The position numbers and the translations under genes are program-made. Under the pieces are notes generated by a model. It worked only from the letters and a program-made list of their open reading frames with translations. It was not told the origin of the DNA and searched no databases. From Eledone cirrhosa (lineage: Eukaryota), in the NCBI GenBank assembly GCA_964016885.1, contig OZ024740.1, positions 1,674,001 to 1,738,000 on the forward strand: a stretch of DNA of 64,000 nt, in the 5' to 3' direction. Below are positions 38,211 to 51,128 of this stretch, piece by piece; positions within the stretch are counted from its first letter, which is position 1; each line of letters opens with the position of its first letter.

Positions 38211-38504
38211 TATCATTCATCGTTATCATCATCAGCACCATCATCATCATCATCACCATCATCGTTACCATGATCATCATCATCGTCATCATCATCACCC
38301 CTTCCATCATCTTCATAAACAAAGAAACACACAGTGTATGAGTGTCCAGTTATGGCTGGTTTAACAGTGACACCATATCCCTCTTGAATGTCTGAGTGGA
38401 TCTGATATATTTGGTATTTCGAGAAGGAATTTGGTCAGCTATTGTTCCTAGGTTGTGAGATCTTTTTCTTTATTTGTTTAAGTATGGTGTGGAAGAGAGC
38501 AGGA

Positions 38505-38622
38505 GCTGTTAGTTGAAGATGGCAGGGTTGTTAGTTGAAGATGGCAGGGTTGTTAGTTGATGGCAGGGTTGTTAGTTGATGGCAGGGTTGTTAGTTGAAG
38601 ATGGCAGGGTTGTTAGTTGAGG
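38505..38622. repeat. 17-20-bp tandem repeat
   Basis: GATGGCAGGGTTGTTAGTT(GAA), about 5 copies. Confidence 0.9.
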
Positions 38623-38796
38623 AGAGCTGGGGTTGTTAAGGTGAAATAGTTCTGTTATAATGTTAGGTGATGCAACTTAGTTTTTGTAAGGGTAAGCAAC
38701 TTATGATATGGGGTCAAATGTTGAGTTAATCCTAAAATTGATGATAGAATCATTTAGGTAATATTTATGAAATGTTTATTTTTTATGTCATACAAA

Positions 38797-39816
38797 TTAA
38801 CAATCAGAATACCAATGGAGAGAATGGTGTCTTTAACCATCAGTGGCCCGATAGAGAGAATGGTGTCTTTAACCATCAGTGGCCCGATAAAGAGAATGGT
38901 GTCTTTAACAATCAGTGGCCCGATAGAGAGAATGGTGTCTTTAACCATCAGTGGCTCGATGGAGAGAATGGTGTCTTTAACAATCAGTGGCCCGATAGAG
39001 AGAATGGTGTCTTTAACAATCAGTGGTCCGATGCAGAGGATGGTGTCTTTAACCATCAGTGGCCCGATGGAGAGAATGGTGTCTAACAATCAGTGGTCCG
39101 ATGGAGAGGATGGTGTCTTTAACCATCAGTGGTCCAATGGAGAGAATGGTGTCTTTAACCATCAGTGGCCCGATGGAGAGAATGGTATCTTTAACCATCA
39201 TGGCCCGATAGAGAGAATGGTGTCTTTAACCATCAGTGGCCCGATGGAGAGAATGGTGTCTTTAACAATCAGTGGCTCAATGGAGAGAATGGCGTCTTTA
39301 ACAATCAGTGGCTAAATGGAGAGAATAGTGTCTTTAACCATCAGTGGCTCAATGGAGAGAATGGTGTCTTTAACAATCAGTGGCTCAATGGAGAGAATAG
39401 TGTCTTTAACCATCAGTGGCTCAATGGGGAGAATGGTGTCTTTAACCATCATTGACTCAATGGGGGAGAATAGTGTCTTTAACCATCAGTGGCTCAATGG
39501 AGAGAATGGTGTCTTTAACCATCAGTGGCCCGATAGAGGATGGTGTCTTTAACCACCAGTGGCCCGATGGAGAGAATGGTGTCTAACCACCAGTGGCCCG
39601 ATGGAGAGAATGGTGTCTTTAACCATCAGTGGCCCGATGGAGAGAATGGTGTCTTTAACCATCAGTGGCCCGATGGAGAGAATGGTGTCTTTAACAATCA
39701 GTGGCCCGATGGAGAGAATGGTGTCTTTAACAATCAGTGGCCTGATGGAGAGAATGGTGTCTAACAATCAGTGGCTCAATGGAGAGAATGGTGTCTAACA
39801 ATCAGTGGCTCAATGG
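38797..39816. repeat. 36-bp minisatellite, ~28 units
   Basis: GAGAGAATGGTGTCTTTAACCATCAGTGGCCCGATG. Confidence 0.96.
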
Positions 39817-39944
39817 ATTAAACAACAATCTTATGCTTTTTTGATGTATAAAATTCGAATTGAATTCTAAACTCATGAGTTTTTAATTTAAACTGGTTCT
39901 ATATAATAACTGTAATAGAAATCTTTTGATTGATATATGAAACT

Positions 39945-40140
39945 GCTGTTTCCGGTATCCTTGGCCCTAGAACTAACTCCATAATCACCACCATCGGCAC
40001 AGAGTTGGCTACCTGCAGATGTGAGCCTCCAGCGCTTCTCCCTCACCATCCTCTGGGGAAATGCCTTCTCTATTCTGTCCACCAGGACTGCAGGGCGGCC
40101 AGCACATGGGCCTCCATTTGCTCATAATAGTGGGAGAGAC
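39945..40140 (+). mobile_element. CRE-like (restriction-like endonuclease) non-LTR element 3' fragment
   Basis: IGTELATCRCEP../QRFSLTILWGNAFSILS resembles the QRxSxxxxRGNAxxI C-terminal motif of CRE-clade elements. Inverted homolog at 45778-45985. Confidence 0.6.
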
Positions 40141-40470
40141 AGAGGCAGTGACAGTGGGAATTTAGTTCCTTTGTGTTTGGACCTGGTGTATATATGTGTG
40201 TATATAAAAGAGAATATATCTGACATCCATTTAACTTCCTTATTGAATCAGCACGCTAACCAGGCACCTTTCCATCCATTTTATTACAAATCTATTACAG
40301 AATTTATCTCAATTATTCTAATTACAGGTAAACACTGGTAACATCTGAGAAATATTATTAGTTATTGAAATTTTGTTTAATATAAAGTAGTGCGTTATTG
40401 GAAGGTTACGACAATGCAAAATAGATGGTGGAATTTTAGAATAAATTGAAGACAACAAAGATGTTGATGT

Positions 40471-40701
40471 CATCATCATCATCATCATCATCATCGTTTA
40501 ACATCTATCTTCCACGCTAGAATGGGTTAGATGGGAATTGTCCCACTTGAGGCAAGATTGGTCGGGTGACCGTGTCTCGCTCGTATAGGACTATCTGGCA
40601 GGTTTTCTATGGCTGGATGCCCTTCCTAACACCAACCACATTTACAGTGTGGACTGGGAAGTTTTTACCGTGTTACCTACACGGCCACATTACAGCGTGG
40701 A
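40471..40701 (-). mobile_element. RTE 3' UTR fragment
   Basis: Near-identical to 8316-8537. Confidence 0.88.
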
Positions 40702-41154
40702 ATTGATATTAGTTTAATATATTCCTATAAAGTGGGTTATTAATCCATATTATAAACTGCTACACATTTCTATATCTAACATTATCCTAGCTTATTCTTC
40801 TTCTTATATCCACAAGAGTGTCAGTTACAAAGCTTGGTTAGATGTGGTTCCGCCACAGCTGAACACATTACTGTCCTTTCTCATTAAACCCAACCAAGGG
40901 GAATATCAGGAGGTGCTGCGTAGTCTGTGGTTCGATGTTACAGTCATACACAACGTCCCCATCCTTTAAATATCTAGCTTATTAAATACTCATTATTATT
41001 TTTATTACCAAAATGTCCCAATTTTTCTGGTCCTTTCTTTTCCCATAGCTACTTTCTATGTTTTCAGTCATAATCAATGTTATAGAGCAAACTTGTTCAT
41101 CCAAATCTGGTGAGAAGTTTTTGTTATTTCATAAATAACAAATATGTCACCTTC

Positions 41155-41420
41155 TTACATTGTGTGTATGTATGTATATAAGTATGTGTGTCTGTGTGTG
41201 AATAGATGTGTGTGTATGTATGTATATAGGTATGTGTGTGTGTGTGTGTATGTATGTATATAGGTGTGTGTGTGTATGTATTTGTATGAATGTGTGTGTA
41301 TGTATGTATTTGTGAGTATGTATGTATTTGTATGAATGTGTGTATGTATGTATGTATGTATGCATGTATGTATGTTTGTTTGTATGTAAGTGTATATGTA
41401 TGTTTGTACATACACACTGT
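41155..41420. repeat. TG/TATG compound microsatellite
   Basis: Direct reading of the sequence. Confidence 0.9.
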
Positions 41421-41437
41421 CCCATGTTCATATGTAC

Positions 41438-42035
41438 ACATGGTGACTGCCAACTCGTTTTCGAGTACGGCCACTACTTTATATCCATGTAGGAGAACCC
41501 CTACCGATGCGCTGAACGAGTGTGACTTTTTAGTCCAGCCAGCGACTTGAAAACTCTGGTACAAACACTACACCTGTGACAATTATTGACACATAGTGCT
41601 GGGCCCATGGTACCATGTGAGGACAAGTGCAGAGAGATCTCCAGATATAAAGCAATGCCTGTGCCGTGAAGCTTTTATAGTGAGCAAAGGCACTGCACAA
41701 AGCCAGTCCCACTCTCTTAACCAAGAGGACATTTACCAAAAAGAAGAACAAGTCAACATCATTGGATACCATCAGAGTTGCAGGTGTTATATCAGAGTTT
41801 TCCTTCTCCTAGAATTCTGCCTTGACAAAGGCTAAGGGGTCATCTCTCCCTGTGATTTTGGATGGCCATTGACTCTTAAGAGCTCCTTTGCCCTTTGACA
41901 GGTTTTGTTTTTAGTCCTGCAGGATGTCCAAAGTCACCCTCCTCACCAAGAAACCTTGGTGGGGTTGCCAGTTTAGTCGCCAACGACCCGACCATGAGAC
42001 AGGTTGTACTGGGATACATGTTACCAGTAGCACCA
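41438..42035 (-). mobile_element. Probable non-autonomous bipartite RTE-derived element (5' UTR plus 3' tail)
   Basis: Minus strand has CTAGGAGAAGGAAAACTCTGA, a motif I recall from BovB/AviRTE-type 5' UTRs. It ends in TGGCCGTACTCGAAAACGAGTTGGCAGTCA, and a similar tail lies at 42090-42125. Confidence 0.5.
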
Positions 42036-42294
42036 ACCAATATGTACACATACACACATGTATACACACACTGTCTCATGTATGTATATGATGGCTGCCC
42101 CCTCGTTATCGAGTATGGCCATTGCACGAGGAGAAAGAAAAAAAAAAAGAAAGAAATAAAAAGAAAAAAAAAAGAAATATATATATATATATACATATAC
42201 ATACATATATACACACACACACATACACACACATATACACACACATACATTAATAACAATAATAATAATAATAATAACAACAATAATAATGACA

Positions 42295-42832
42295 ACAGTA
42301 TGTATATATGTGGTGTATGTATATACACACTATCCCATGTATGTATATATGTGTATGTATATACACACTGTCTCATGTATATATGTGTATGTATATACAC
42401 ACTCATGTATGTATATATGTGTATGTATACACACACTGTCCCATGTATGTATATACACACTGTCCCATGTATGTATATACACACTGTCTCATGTATGTAT
42501 ATATGTGTATGTATATACACACTCATGTATGTATGTATATATGTGTATGTATATACACACTCATGTATGTATATATGTGTATGTATATACACACTCTCAT
42601 GTATGTATATATGTGTATGTATATACACACTCTCATGTATGTATATATGTGTATGTATATACACACTCTCATGTATGTATATATGTGTATGTATATACAC
42701 ACTGTCCCATGTATGTATATATGTGTATGTATATACACACTCATGTATGTATATATGTGTATGTATATACACACTGTCTCATGTATGTATATATGTGTAT
42801 GTATATACACACTGTGCCATGTATGTATATAC
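42295..42832. repeat. Microsatellite-derived minisatellite (~34-40 bp)
   Basis: CATGTATGTATATATGTGTATGTATATACACAC(TG)TC(T/C) units. Confidence 0.9.
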
Positions 42833-43218
42833 AAGAGCTGTATGGAATGTATAGCTGAAGCAGTATGGAGATTTGGCACGACTATTTTCATGATGGAATA
42901 ACTTACCACAAATATATTATAATCTATATTTATCACAGTACTTTCATAGCCTGGCTTCCACACTGCCACAGATACATAGCCATGTCTGTGTCGCCGTGTG
43001 GCATCTCAGTGTGTGTGTGTGTGTGTGGCTGTGTCTCTGTGTGTGTGTGTGTGTGGCTGTGTGTTAGTGTGTGTGTGTGGCTGTGTGTCAGTGTATGTGT
43101 GACTGTGTGTGATCATCATCTTTTTACATCTGCTACGCCATGCTTGCATGGGTTGGACAAATCATGTATACATTCATATACTTGCATATATATTTATATA
43201 TATATATATATATATATA

Positions 43219-43628
43219 GACCCAGAAAAACCTGGGACAAGGTGATAAAATATGACCTTGCACACTTACCCCTCTCTAAGACAATGTCACTGGATTGAGA
43301 TCTTTGGCACTACGCAGTTATACAGAAGACCCACCTTCCCTTGTATACAAACTTAAACCTTCAGTCGGTAGGCACCTCTTAACCCAATATAAACCCCATC
43401 CCACACCCTACTTCATCCTCCCACTTCCGTGTGGTCATGTAGGAGACACGGTAAAAAGGCTCCCAGTCCACACTGTAAATGTGGTTGGTGTTAGGAAGGG
43501 CATCCAGCCATAGAAAACCTGCCAGATAGTTCTTTACGAGACACGGTCTCCCGACCAATCTTGCCTCAAGTGGGACAAAAACGTCCAACTCATGCTAGCG
43601 TGGAAGATGGATGTTAAACGATGATGAT
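43219..43628 (+). mobile_element. RTE LINE 3' fragment in (TA)n
   Basis: Reads RPRKTWDKVIKYDLAHLPLSK...LWHYAVIQ, then 3' UTR and (GAT)n. Confidence 0.88.
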
Positions 43629-44513
43629 ATATGTGTGTGTGTGTACATGATGTATATATATATGTATATATATGATGTATATATATATGCATACACACCC
43701 ACATATATATACAAACCTTTACATGTAAATCATACTTCAACTGACTAGGCTGACTTTGTATATCAACAGTGTTCAATAATACATTATAGATATTGAACAA
43801 TTTTCTTCAGTTCACCGATATTTCTCCTTCTTTCATCTATAACTCTTCTTCAATTTCTTCTCCTACATATATATCTCTGTAGATTTTACTGATTTCATCC
43901 TTTCACTGTCATCTCCAATTTGGCATTTCATTTCATTTTTAATGTCTCCTTGTCACAGCTCATCACATTCTTTTTTCTTTCTCTCTTCTCTACCCAACTT
44001 AAGGTGGAAGATTGGTAGAACCATTTCAGTCTAGGAAACTTTGTGATGTTTCTTCTGCTCTCTGCATTGACTTCAGATCCCACTGAGGTCAAATTTATTG
44101 CTGCCTTAACCCTTTAGCATTTAAACCGGCCGTATCCAGCCAGAATTTTCTTACCTTTTTCTGTTCAAACTGACTGTATGCGACCACTCATACTGATGTT
44201 AAGGTATTGTTGTCAAAATAAATATCAAAATCTCAGATTCGATATTATGTGAGGTAAAGCCTTTACCATGAAAATACAATTGTATATACAGATTAATGTA
44301 AATGCTAATGAAAGGAGAGAAGCAATAGAAGGTGATGGTCAGGAGCTGGAGAGTTTTTGGTGCTAAAAAACCCAGGAATATTAGACAAGGGAGACACCAA
44401 ATATTGAAGTGTAAACCATCAGAGACTTCCACCATATACTTGTGGGTCCTTCATAAACAAATTCCACTGAGGTCAATTTTGTCTTTCATTATTTTGGTGT
44501 CAAAATTGAAGGG

Positions 44514-44710
44514 CAGATTTTACTGGCAAAACCAACCAGCAGGAGGCCCAGAGGTAGACTCAGAGCAAGATGGTTGGATAACATCCATGAGCTTGGCTGA
44601 TCTCGCTTAGGGATCCAGCCGGATCAGTTGGAGAAAGTTGCTTCTGACAGGACTCACTGGAAGGAGTATTTGAGGACACTGCCCTCAGGAATAAGTGAGC
44701 AAGGAAGAGG
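44514..44710 (+). mobile_element. LINE 3' fragment, same family as 5776-6068, with 12-bp TSD
   Basis: Similar to 5861-6068. AAATTGAAGGGC on both sides. Confidence 0.85.
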
Positions 44711-44715
44711 AAATT

Positions 44716-44910
44716 GAAGGGCTGTGAACTGGCAGTATCAGTAGAGCGTTGTACACCTTCACAGCATGTAGTTATGGCCCTTTATGTTCTGAGTTCAAAT
44801 CCTGCTGGGGTTAGCTTTGCCTTTCATCCCTACGGGGTCGATAAAATAAAGTACCAGTAATGCAGTGGGGTCAATTCAGTTGACTTTATGCCTAAATCAG
44901 AAACCATTAT
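44716..44910 (+). mobile_element. tRNA-derived SINE (octopus-type)
   Basis: Head CTGGCAGTATCAGTAGAGCG, B-box GAGTTCAAATCC, core TTTGCCTTTCATCCCTACGGGGTCGATAAAATAAAGTACCAGT. Confidence 0.8.
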
Positions 44911-45777
44911 TTTGGTTGTCAATAAAGTGTCTAGGGCAGTGGATTAGCATAAATGTTAGTCAGACTGCTTTGTGGTATTTGTTCTTACTCTTTATATTCT
45001 GATTTCAAATCCTGTTGTGACCTGCTTTGGTGATAGGCTTAAACTGTTACCTTGTGTAGCCCTTTAGATACTAACTTGCCTGAAACAGCCCTAGATTTCT
45101 CGTACATCTCTGCATATTTTAAAAGTGTTCATACTTATACTAAAACCTTCCACCATTATTTTATGTTAGAAATGTTTAAGTAATGTTCTAAATATCAGCT
45201 TGCTAATGAAACACATAGGCAGTGTGTTTCATTAGAAATATGGTAATGAAAGGCTTAACACCATCACATGGCCTTTCAGTGCCTTTAGTTGACTCCACTC
45301 TGTTGCAAGCATTTAGAGAAGGTCCCTGGTGTTAAGTCTCAGAAGCTCTAAAAAGGGGTATGTGTACTGCCCTTCTCCCTTAAACCATTTTCACATAGGT
45401 AGACATGGGTGAAAAGAACATTTGTATATTTTGGTAGAGTGGTTTACTGTTTAGTCAGGCCTCTCCAACATTAGTGGGAACGAGACCCAGTTGCAACAGA
45501 ATGGAATCAACCAAAGGTATTGGTGTTACCCAGGTGACAGATGAAGCCTACCACCTAAATGTCACTAGTAACTATTGACATTCTGTAATGATTTATCATA
45601 AAATATCTAAAATGTCTTTAGTAATTCAAATATCTATCATATCTTTATTTTAGTTATGGCAATGTTTTTTATAATGATGTGTCCAAATAGTAAAGGCTTT
45701 AATTTCTATTGTGAAGCAGTCAGAATTTTTTTGAATTTTTCCAGAAATGAAAACTGTGTGCATGTGTACGATGATGT

Positions 45778-45985
45778 TCTCTCTCTCTCTCTCTCACTAT
45801 TATATGCAAACGAGGGGTGCATGTACCATCGGACAGAATAGAGAAGCGGATTCCCCAGAGGAGGGTGAGGGGGACACGTTGAAAGAGCCATTCCAGCTCA
45901 CGAGGCTCACACCTGTGGGTAGCTAACTCTGTGCTGATGGGTGGTGAGTTGGGAGGTGATCCTAGTGTCAGGGACCCCAGAAGTC
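45778..45985 (-). mobile_element. CRE-like 3' fragment ending in (GA)n
   Basis: ISTELATHRCEPRELEWLFQRVPLTLLWGIRFSILS. Ends ATAATAGTGAGAGAGAG. Confidence 0.6.
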
Positions 45986-46190
45986 TCAAACTGCTACGGG
46001 TTCGACTGAAAACCTATCGGAGAGCAACCAATATTTTCCAGAATGTCTAGCTAATGTGATTTCATGTGGTACAAAACATTAACAGTTTGTCTTTTGTTTT
46101 TTTTCGCTTTGATTATATATGTCTGTGTATTATATTTATAAGGTTCCTAGCAATAATTAATTGATTATATATATGTAAAATAACAATTTA

Positions 46191-46228
<38 letters not shown>

Positions 46229-46230
<2 letters not shown>

Positions 46231-46382
46231 TTGGCACTAGGAAGGGTATCCAGCCATAGAAAACCAGCCAGAAAGTGTCCTATATGAGTGAGACATGGTC
46301 ACCCATCCCAACTTGCCTCTAAATGGGACAAACCCATCTAACCCATGCTAGCATGGAAGACGGACGTTAAACGATGATGATG
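46229..46382 (+). mobile_element. RTE 3' stub after (TA)n
   Basis: Shared 3' UTR motif and GAT tail. Confidence 0.82.
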
Positions 46383-47189
46383 GTGGTGTGTAGGTGTATG
46401 TCTCTATTTCACTTTGGCTGTGGCTGATATCAGAATGGACATAAGTAGAACATTCTGCGATCTTTGTATTAAGGCCTCCAATGACACCCCCCCCCCCATG
46501 ACCAAAAGATAATGTACATGTCTCTTTCAAATTTTGGTATTGCCTGACTTATCTGACCTTTAAATTTTAACTTCTTTAGATTCACCACAATAATTGTATT
46601 ATTAAGAGTTATAACGATAATTTAATTGGAGGTAAAGATAAGTATTTGTCTGGTTTTTACCTCCTTCTCTCACCTTTATTAAGAGATATTACAATAATTG
46701 TATTAGAGGTAAACATTTATCTAGTTTTTACCTCCTTCTCTCACCTATTAAGTTCAACTCTTTTCATAATGATGAATATAAATATTATAGCTTGTCTGCT
46801 CTCTGCCTTACCAATTCTTACTAAATTAAGAAAGAATCAGTTTACTGGACATGTATTTACACACACACCTTGTCAACGACAGAGTTTCTATAATCACCTT
46901 TTGAACTATGTTTCAATGCTAAAAATGGCTTCATTTATAGATATTAATGAAGCATTGTAACTTTATTTACAATCTTGAAGATGTTCCAAAAAATTACTTA
47001 ATGTTTCAAGAAGCAGAATTTGGTACAGGAATAGAGCTAATACTATATTTAGTCTTCTCTTTCTATTTCCTATGATGCTCATTGTTTAATGCTGCTGTGT
47101 GTTTGATGGATCTATGAATTTAGACTATAACATTAGCTGTTTTTTTGAAGAAATGAACAAAATAAACATTTTAGGCTGTGTGTTTAAGT

Positions 47190-47325
47190 TTGCTTTGTAG
47201 CCACATGGTTTCAAATGTGATTTTGTTGTATGGTACCTTGAGTAGGTGTCATTTATAGCCTCAAGATGACCAGTGCTTTGTGACTAAATTCTGTAGATGG
47301 AAACTGTATGGAAGCCTGTTGCATG
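47190..47325 (+). mobile_element. Old SINE remnant
   Basis: CCACATGGTTTCA...GGTACCTTGAGTAGGTGTC...GTAGATGGAAACTG...GAAGCCTGT. Related to 15005-15080. Confidence 0.5.
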
Positions 47326-47346
47326 TGTGTGTGTATATATATATAT

Positions 47347-47550
47347 ATCATCATTGTTTAACATCCACTTTCCTCACTAGCATGGGTTAGACAGGTTGTC
47401 CCATTAGAGGCAAGTTGGGTCAGGTGACCCTGTCTTGCTCATATAGAACTGTTTTGGGCTTGGTTTCTACAGCTGGATGCCCTTCCTAACACTAACCTCA
47501 TTTACTGAGTGCTTTTTGTCATGATAGCAACATGACCACTTTACAGTATG
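47347..47550 (-). mobile_element. RTE 3' stub
   Basis: (CAT) tail plus CTGGATGCCCTTCCTAACAC. Confidence 0.8.
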
Positions 47551-47871
47551 GCCTGGCCGCTTTTGCCGTGTATATATATATATATATGTGTGTGTGTTGT
47601 GTCTTTGAATTGCTTGGGCAGTTGGTGGCTATGTCCCACATAAACAATATATCCTATAACTCAGCAGTTTCATGTATGAAAATCAGTAGAATAGGTACCT
47701 TACTTGCTCCCAAGTACCATACCTGAAAACAAGTAACGGCTGACATCATGAAGAGCATTTGTCTGTAAAATAATGCCTTAAAAAGTCTTGTTTAACTTAT
47801 GTTAGCATGGAAAAATGGATGTAAAAACAATGGAGATTTGTATAGATATTATTTCAGCACTGAGTATTACC

Positions 47872-50800
47872 AGTTTAGCCTGACTGTCCCATTGCAGTGT
47901 GTTGAGTTCTCTTAGTTTAGCCTGACTCTCCAATTGCAGTGTGATGAGTTCTCTTAGTTTAGCCTGACTCTCCAATTGCAGTGTGTTGAGTTCTCTTAGT
48001 TTAGCCTGACTCTCCAATTGCAGTGTGTTGAGTTCTCTTAGTTTAGCCTGTCTGTCCAATTGCAGTGTGTGGTGTATTGAGTTGTCTTAGTTTAGCCTGA
48101 CTGCCCAATTGCAGTGTGTTGAGTTCTCTTAGTTTAGCCTGACTGTCCAATAGCAGTGTGTTGAGTTCTCTTAGTTTAGCCTGACTCTCCAATTGCAGTG
48201 TATTGAGTTGTCTTAGTTTAGCCTGACTGTCCAATTGCAGTGTGTTGAGTTCTCTTAGTTTAGCCTGACTGTCCAATTGCAGTGTGTTGAGTTCTCTTAG
48301 TTTAGCCTGACTGTCCAATTGCAGTGTATTGAGTTGTCTTAGTTTGGCCTGACTGTCCAATTGCAGTGTGTTGAATTCTCTTAGTTTAGCCTGACTCTCC
48401 AATTGCAGTGAGTTGAGTTCTCTTAGTTTAGCCTGACTCTCCAATTGCAGTGTGTTGAGTTCTCTTAGTTTAGCCTGACTCTCCAATTGCAGTGTGTTGA
48501 GTTCGCTTAGTTTAGCCTGACTCTCCAATTGCAGTGTGTTGAGTTCTCTTAGTTTAGCCTGTCTGTCCAATTGCAGTGTGTTGAGTTCGCTTAGTTTAGC
48601 CTGACTCTCCAATTGCAGTGTGTTGAGTTCGCTTAGTTTAGCCTGACTCTCCAATTGCAGTGTATTGAGTTGTCTTAGTTTAGCCTGACTGTCCAATTGC
48701 AGTGTGTTGAGTTCTCTTAGTTTAGCCTGACTCTCCAATTGCAGTGTGTTGAGTTCTCTTAGTTTAGCCTGACTCTCCAATTGCAGTGTGTTGAGTTCTC
48801 TTAGTTTAGCCTGACTCTCCAATTGCAGTGTATTGAGTTGTCTTAGTTTAGCCTGTCTGTCCAATTGCAGTGTGTGGTGTATTGAGTTGTCTTAGTTTAG
48901 CCTGACTGCCCAATTGCAGTGTGTTGAGTTCTCTTAGTTTAGCCTGACTGTCCAATAGCAGTGTGTTGAGTTCTCTTAGTTTAGCCTGACTGTCCAATTG
49001 CAGTGTATTGAGTTGTCTTAGTTTAGCCTGACTGTCCAATTGCAGTGTGTTGAGTTCTCTTAGTTTAGTCTGACTGTCCAATTGCAGTGTGTTGAGTTCT
49101 CTTAGTTTAGTCTGACTGTCCAATTGCAGTGTGTTGAGTTCTCTTAGTTTAGTCTGACTGTCCAATTGCAGTGTGTTGAGTTCTCTTAGTTTAGCCTGAC
49201 TGTCCAATTGCAGTGTATTGAGTTGTCTTAGTTTGGCCTGACTGTCCAATTGCAGTGTGTTGAGTTCTCTTAGTTTAGCCTGACTCTCCAATTGCAGTGA
49301 GTTGAGTTCTCTTAGTTTAGCCTGACTCTCCAATTGCAGTGAGTTGAGTTCTCTTAGTTTAGCCTGACTCTCCAATTGCAGTGTGTTGAGTTCTCTTAGT
49401 TTAGCCTGACTCTCCAATTGCAGTGTGTTGAGTTCTCTTAGTTTAGCCTGACTGTCCAATTGCAGTGTATTGAGTTGTCTTAGTTTAGCCTGACTGTCCA
49501 ATTGCAGTGTGTTGAGTTCTCTTAGTTTACCCTGACTCTCCAATTGTAGTGTGTTGAGTTCTCTTAGTTTAACCTGACTCTCCAATTGCAGTGTGTTGAG
49601 TTCTCTTAGTTTAGCCTGTCTGTCCAATTGCAGTGTATTGAGTTGTCTTAGTTTAGCCTGTCTGTCCAATTGCAGTGTGTTGAGTTCGCTTAGTTTAGCC
49701 TGACTCTCCAATTGCAGTGTGTTGAGTTCGCTTAGTTTAGCCTGACTGTCCAATTGCAGTGTATTGAGTTGTCTTAGTTTAGCCTGACTGTCCAATTGCA
49801 GTGTGTTGAGTTCTCTTAGTTTAGTCTGACTGTCCAATTGCAGTGTATTGAGTTGTCTTAGTTTGGCCTGACTGTCCAATTGCAGTGTGTTGAGTTCTCT
49901 TAGTTTAGCCTGACTCTCCAATTGCAGTGAGTTGAGTTCTCTTAGTTTAGCCTGACTCTCCAATTGCAGTGTGTTGAGTTCTCTTAGTTTAGCCTGACTC
50001 TCCAATTGCAGTGTGTTGAGTTCTCTTAGTTTAGCCTGACTCTCCAATTGCAGTGTGTTGAGTTCTCTTAGTTTAGCCTGACTGTCCAATTGCAGTGTAT
50101 TGAGTTGTCTTAGTTTAGCCTGACTGTCCAATTGCAGTGTGTTGAGTTCTCTTAGTTTACCCTGACTCTCCAATTGTAGTGTGTTGAGTTCTCTTAGTTT
50201 AACCTGACTCTCCAATTGCAGTGTGTTGAGTTCTCTTAGTTTAGCCTGACTGTCCAATTGCAGTGTATTGAGTTCTCTTAGTTTAGCCTGACTGTCCAAT
50301 TGCAGTGTGTTGAGTTCTCTTAGTTTGGCCTGACTCTCCAATTGCAGTGTGTTGAGCTCTCTTAGTTTAGCCTGACTCTCCAATTGCAGTGTGTTGAGTT
50401 CTCTTAGTTTAGCCTGACTGTCCAATTGCAGTGTATTGAGTTGTCTTAGTTTAGCCTGTCTGTCCAATTGCAGTGTGTTGAGTTCTCTTAGTTTAGCCTG
50501 ACTCTCCAATTGCAGTGTGTTGAGTTCTCTTAGTTTAGCCTGACTCTCCAATTGCAGTGTGTTTTCTCTTAGTTTAGCCTGACTGTCCAATTGCAGTGTA
50601 TTGAGTTGTCTTAGTTTAGCCTGTCTGTCCAATTGCAATGTATTGAGTTGTCTTAGTTTAGCCTGTCTGTCCAATTGCAGTGTGTGGTGTATTAAGTTCT
50701 CTTAGTTTAGCCTGACTCTCCAATTGCAGTGTGTTGAGTTCTCTTAGTTTAGCCTGACTGTCCAATTGCAGTGTATTGAGTTGTCTTAGTTTAGCCTGTC

Positions 50801-50898
50801 TGTCCAATTGCAATGTATTGAGTTGTCTTAGTTTAGCCTGTCTGTCCAATTGCAGTGTGTGGTGTATTAAGTTCTCTTAGTTTAGCCTGACTCTCCAA
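47872..50898. repeat. 42-bp satellite array, ~72 units
   Basis: TAGTTTAGCCTGACT(C/G)TCCAATTGCAGTGTGTTGAGTTCTCT, with occasional 7-bp insertions. Confidence 0.97.
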
Positions 50899-51051
50899 AT
50901 AGAAGTAATAAGGTAACACATGAAGTTTCTTCTCATTAAGATCATTTTCAAACTGTGCCCCCTGTGAGGCTGCATCTCATGTTGGGAACCATTACCCTAC
51001 ACTGTATAATAATTGTTTTTACTTTAAACACATTAATTAAAACAGCTCCAG

Positions 51052-51128
51052 TGTGTTACTGGTACTTTATTTTATCGACCCTGTAAGCATGAAAGGCAAA
51101 GCTAATCTCGGCTGGATTTGAACTCAGA
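51052..51128 (-). mobile_element. tRNA SINE fragment
   Basis: Reverse complement of the GAGTTCAAATCC...AAAGTACCAGT core. Confidence 0.72.

Noticed and set aside
33039-38364. His/Cys-rich ORFs of 800+ aa
   Set aside because: 23-bp satellite lacking stops in all three + frames.
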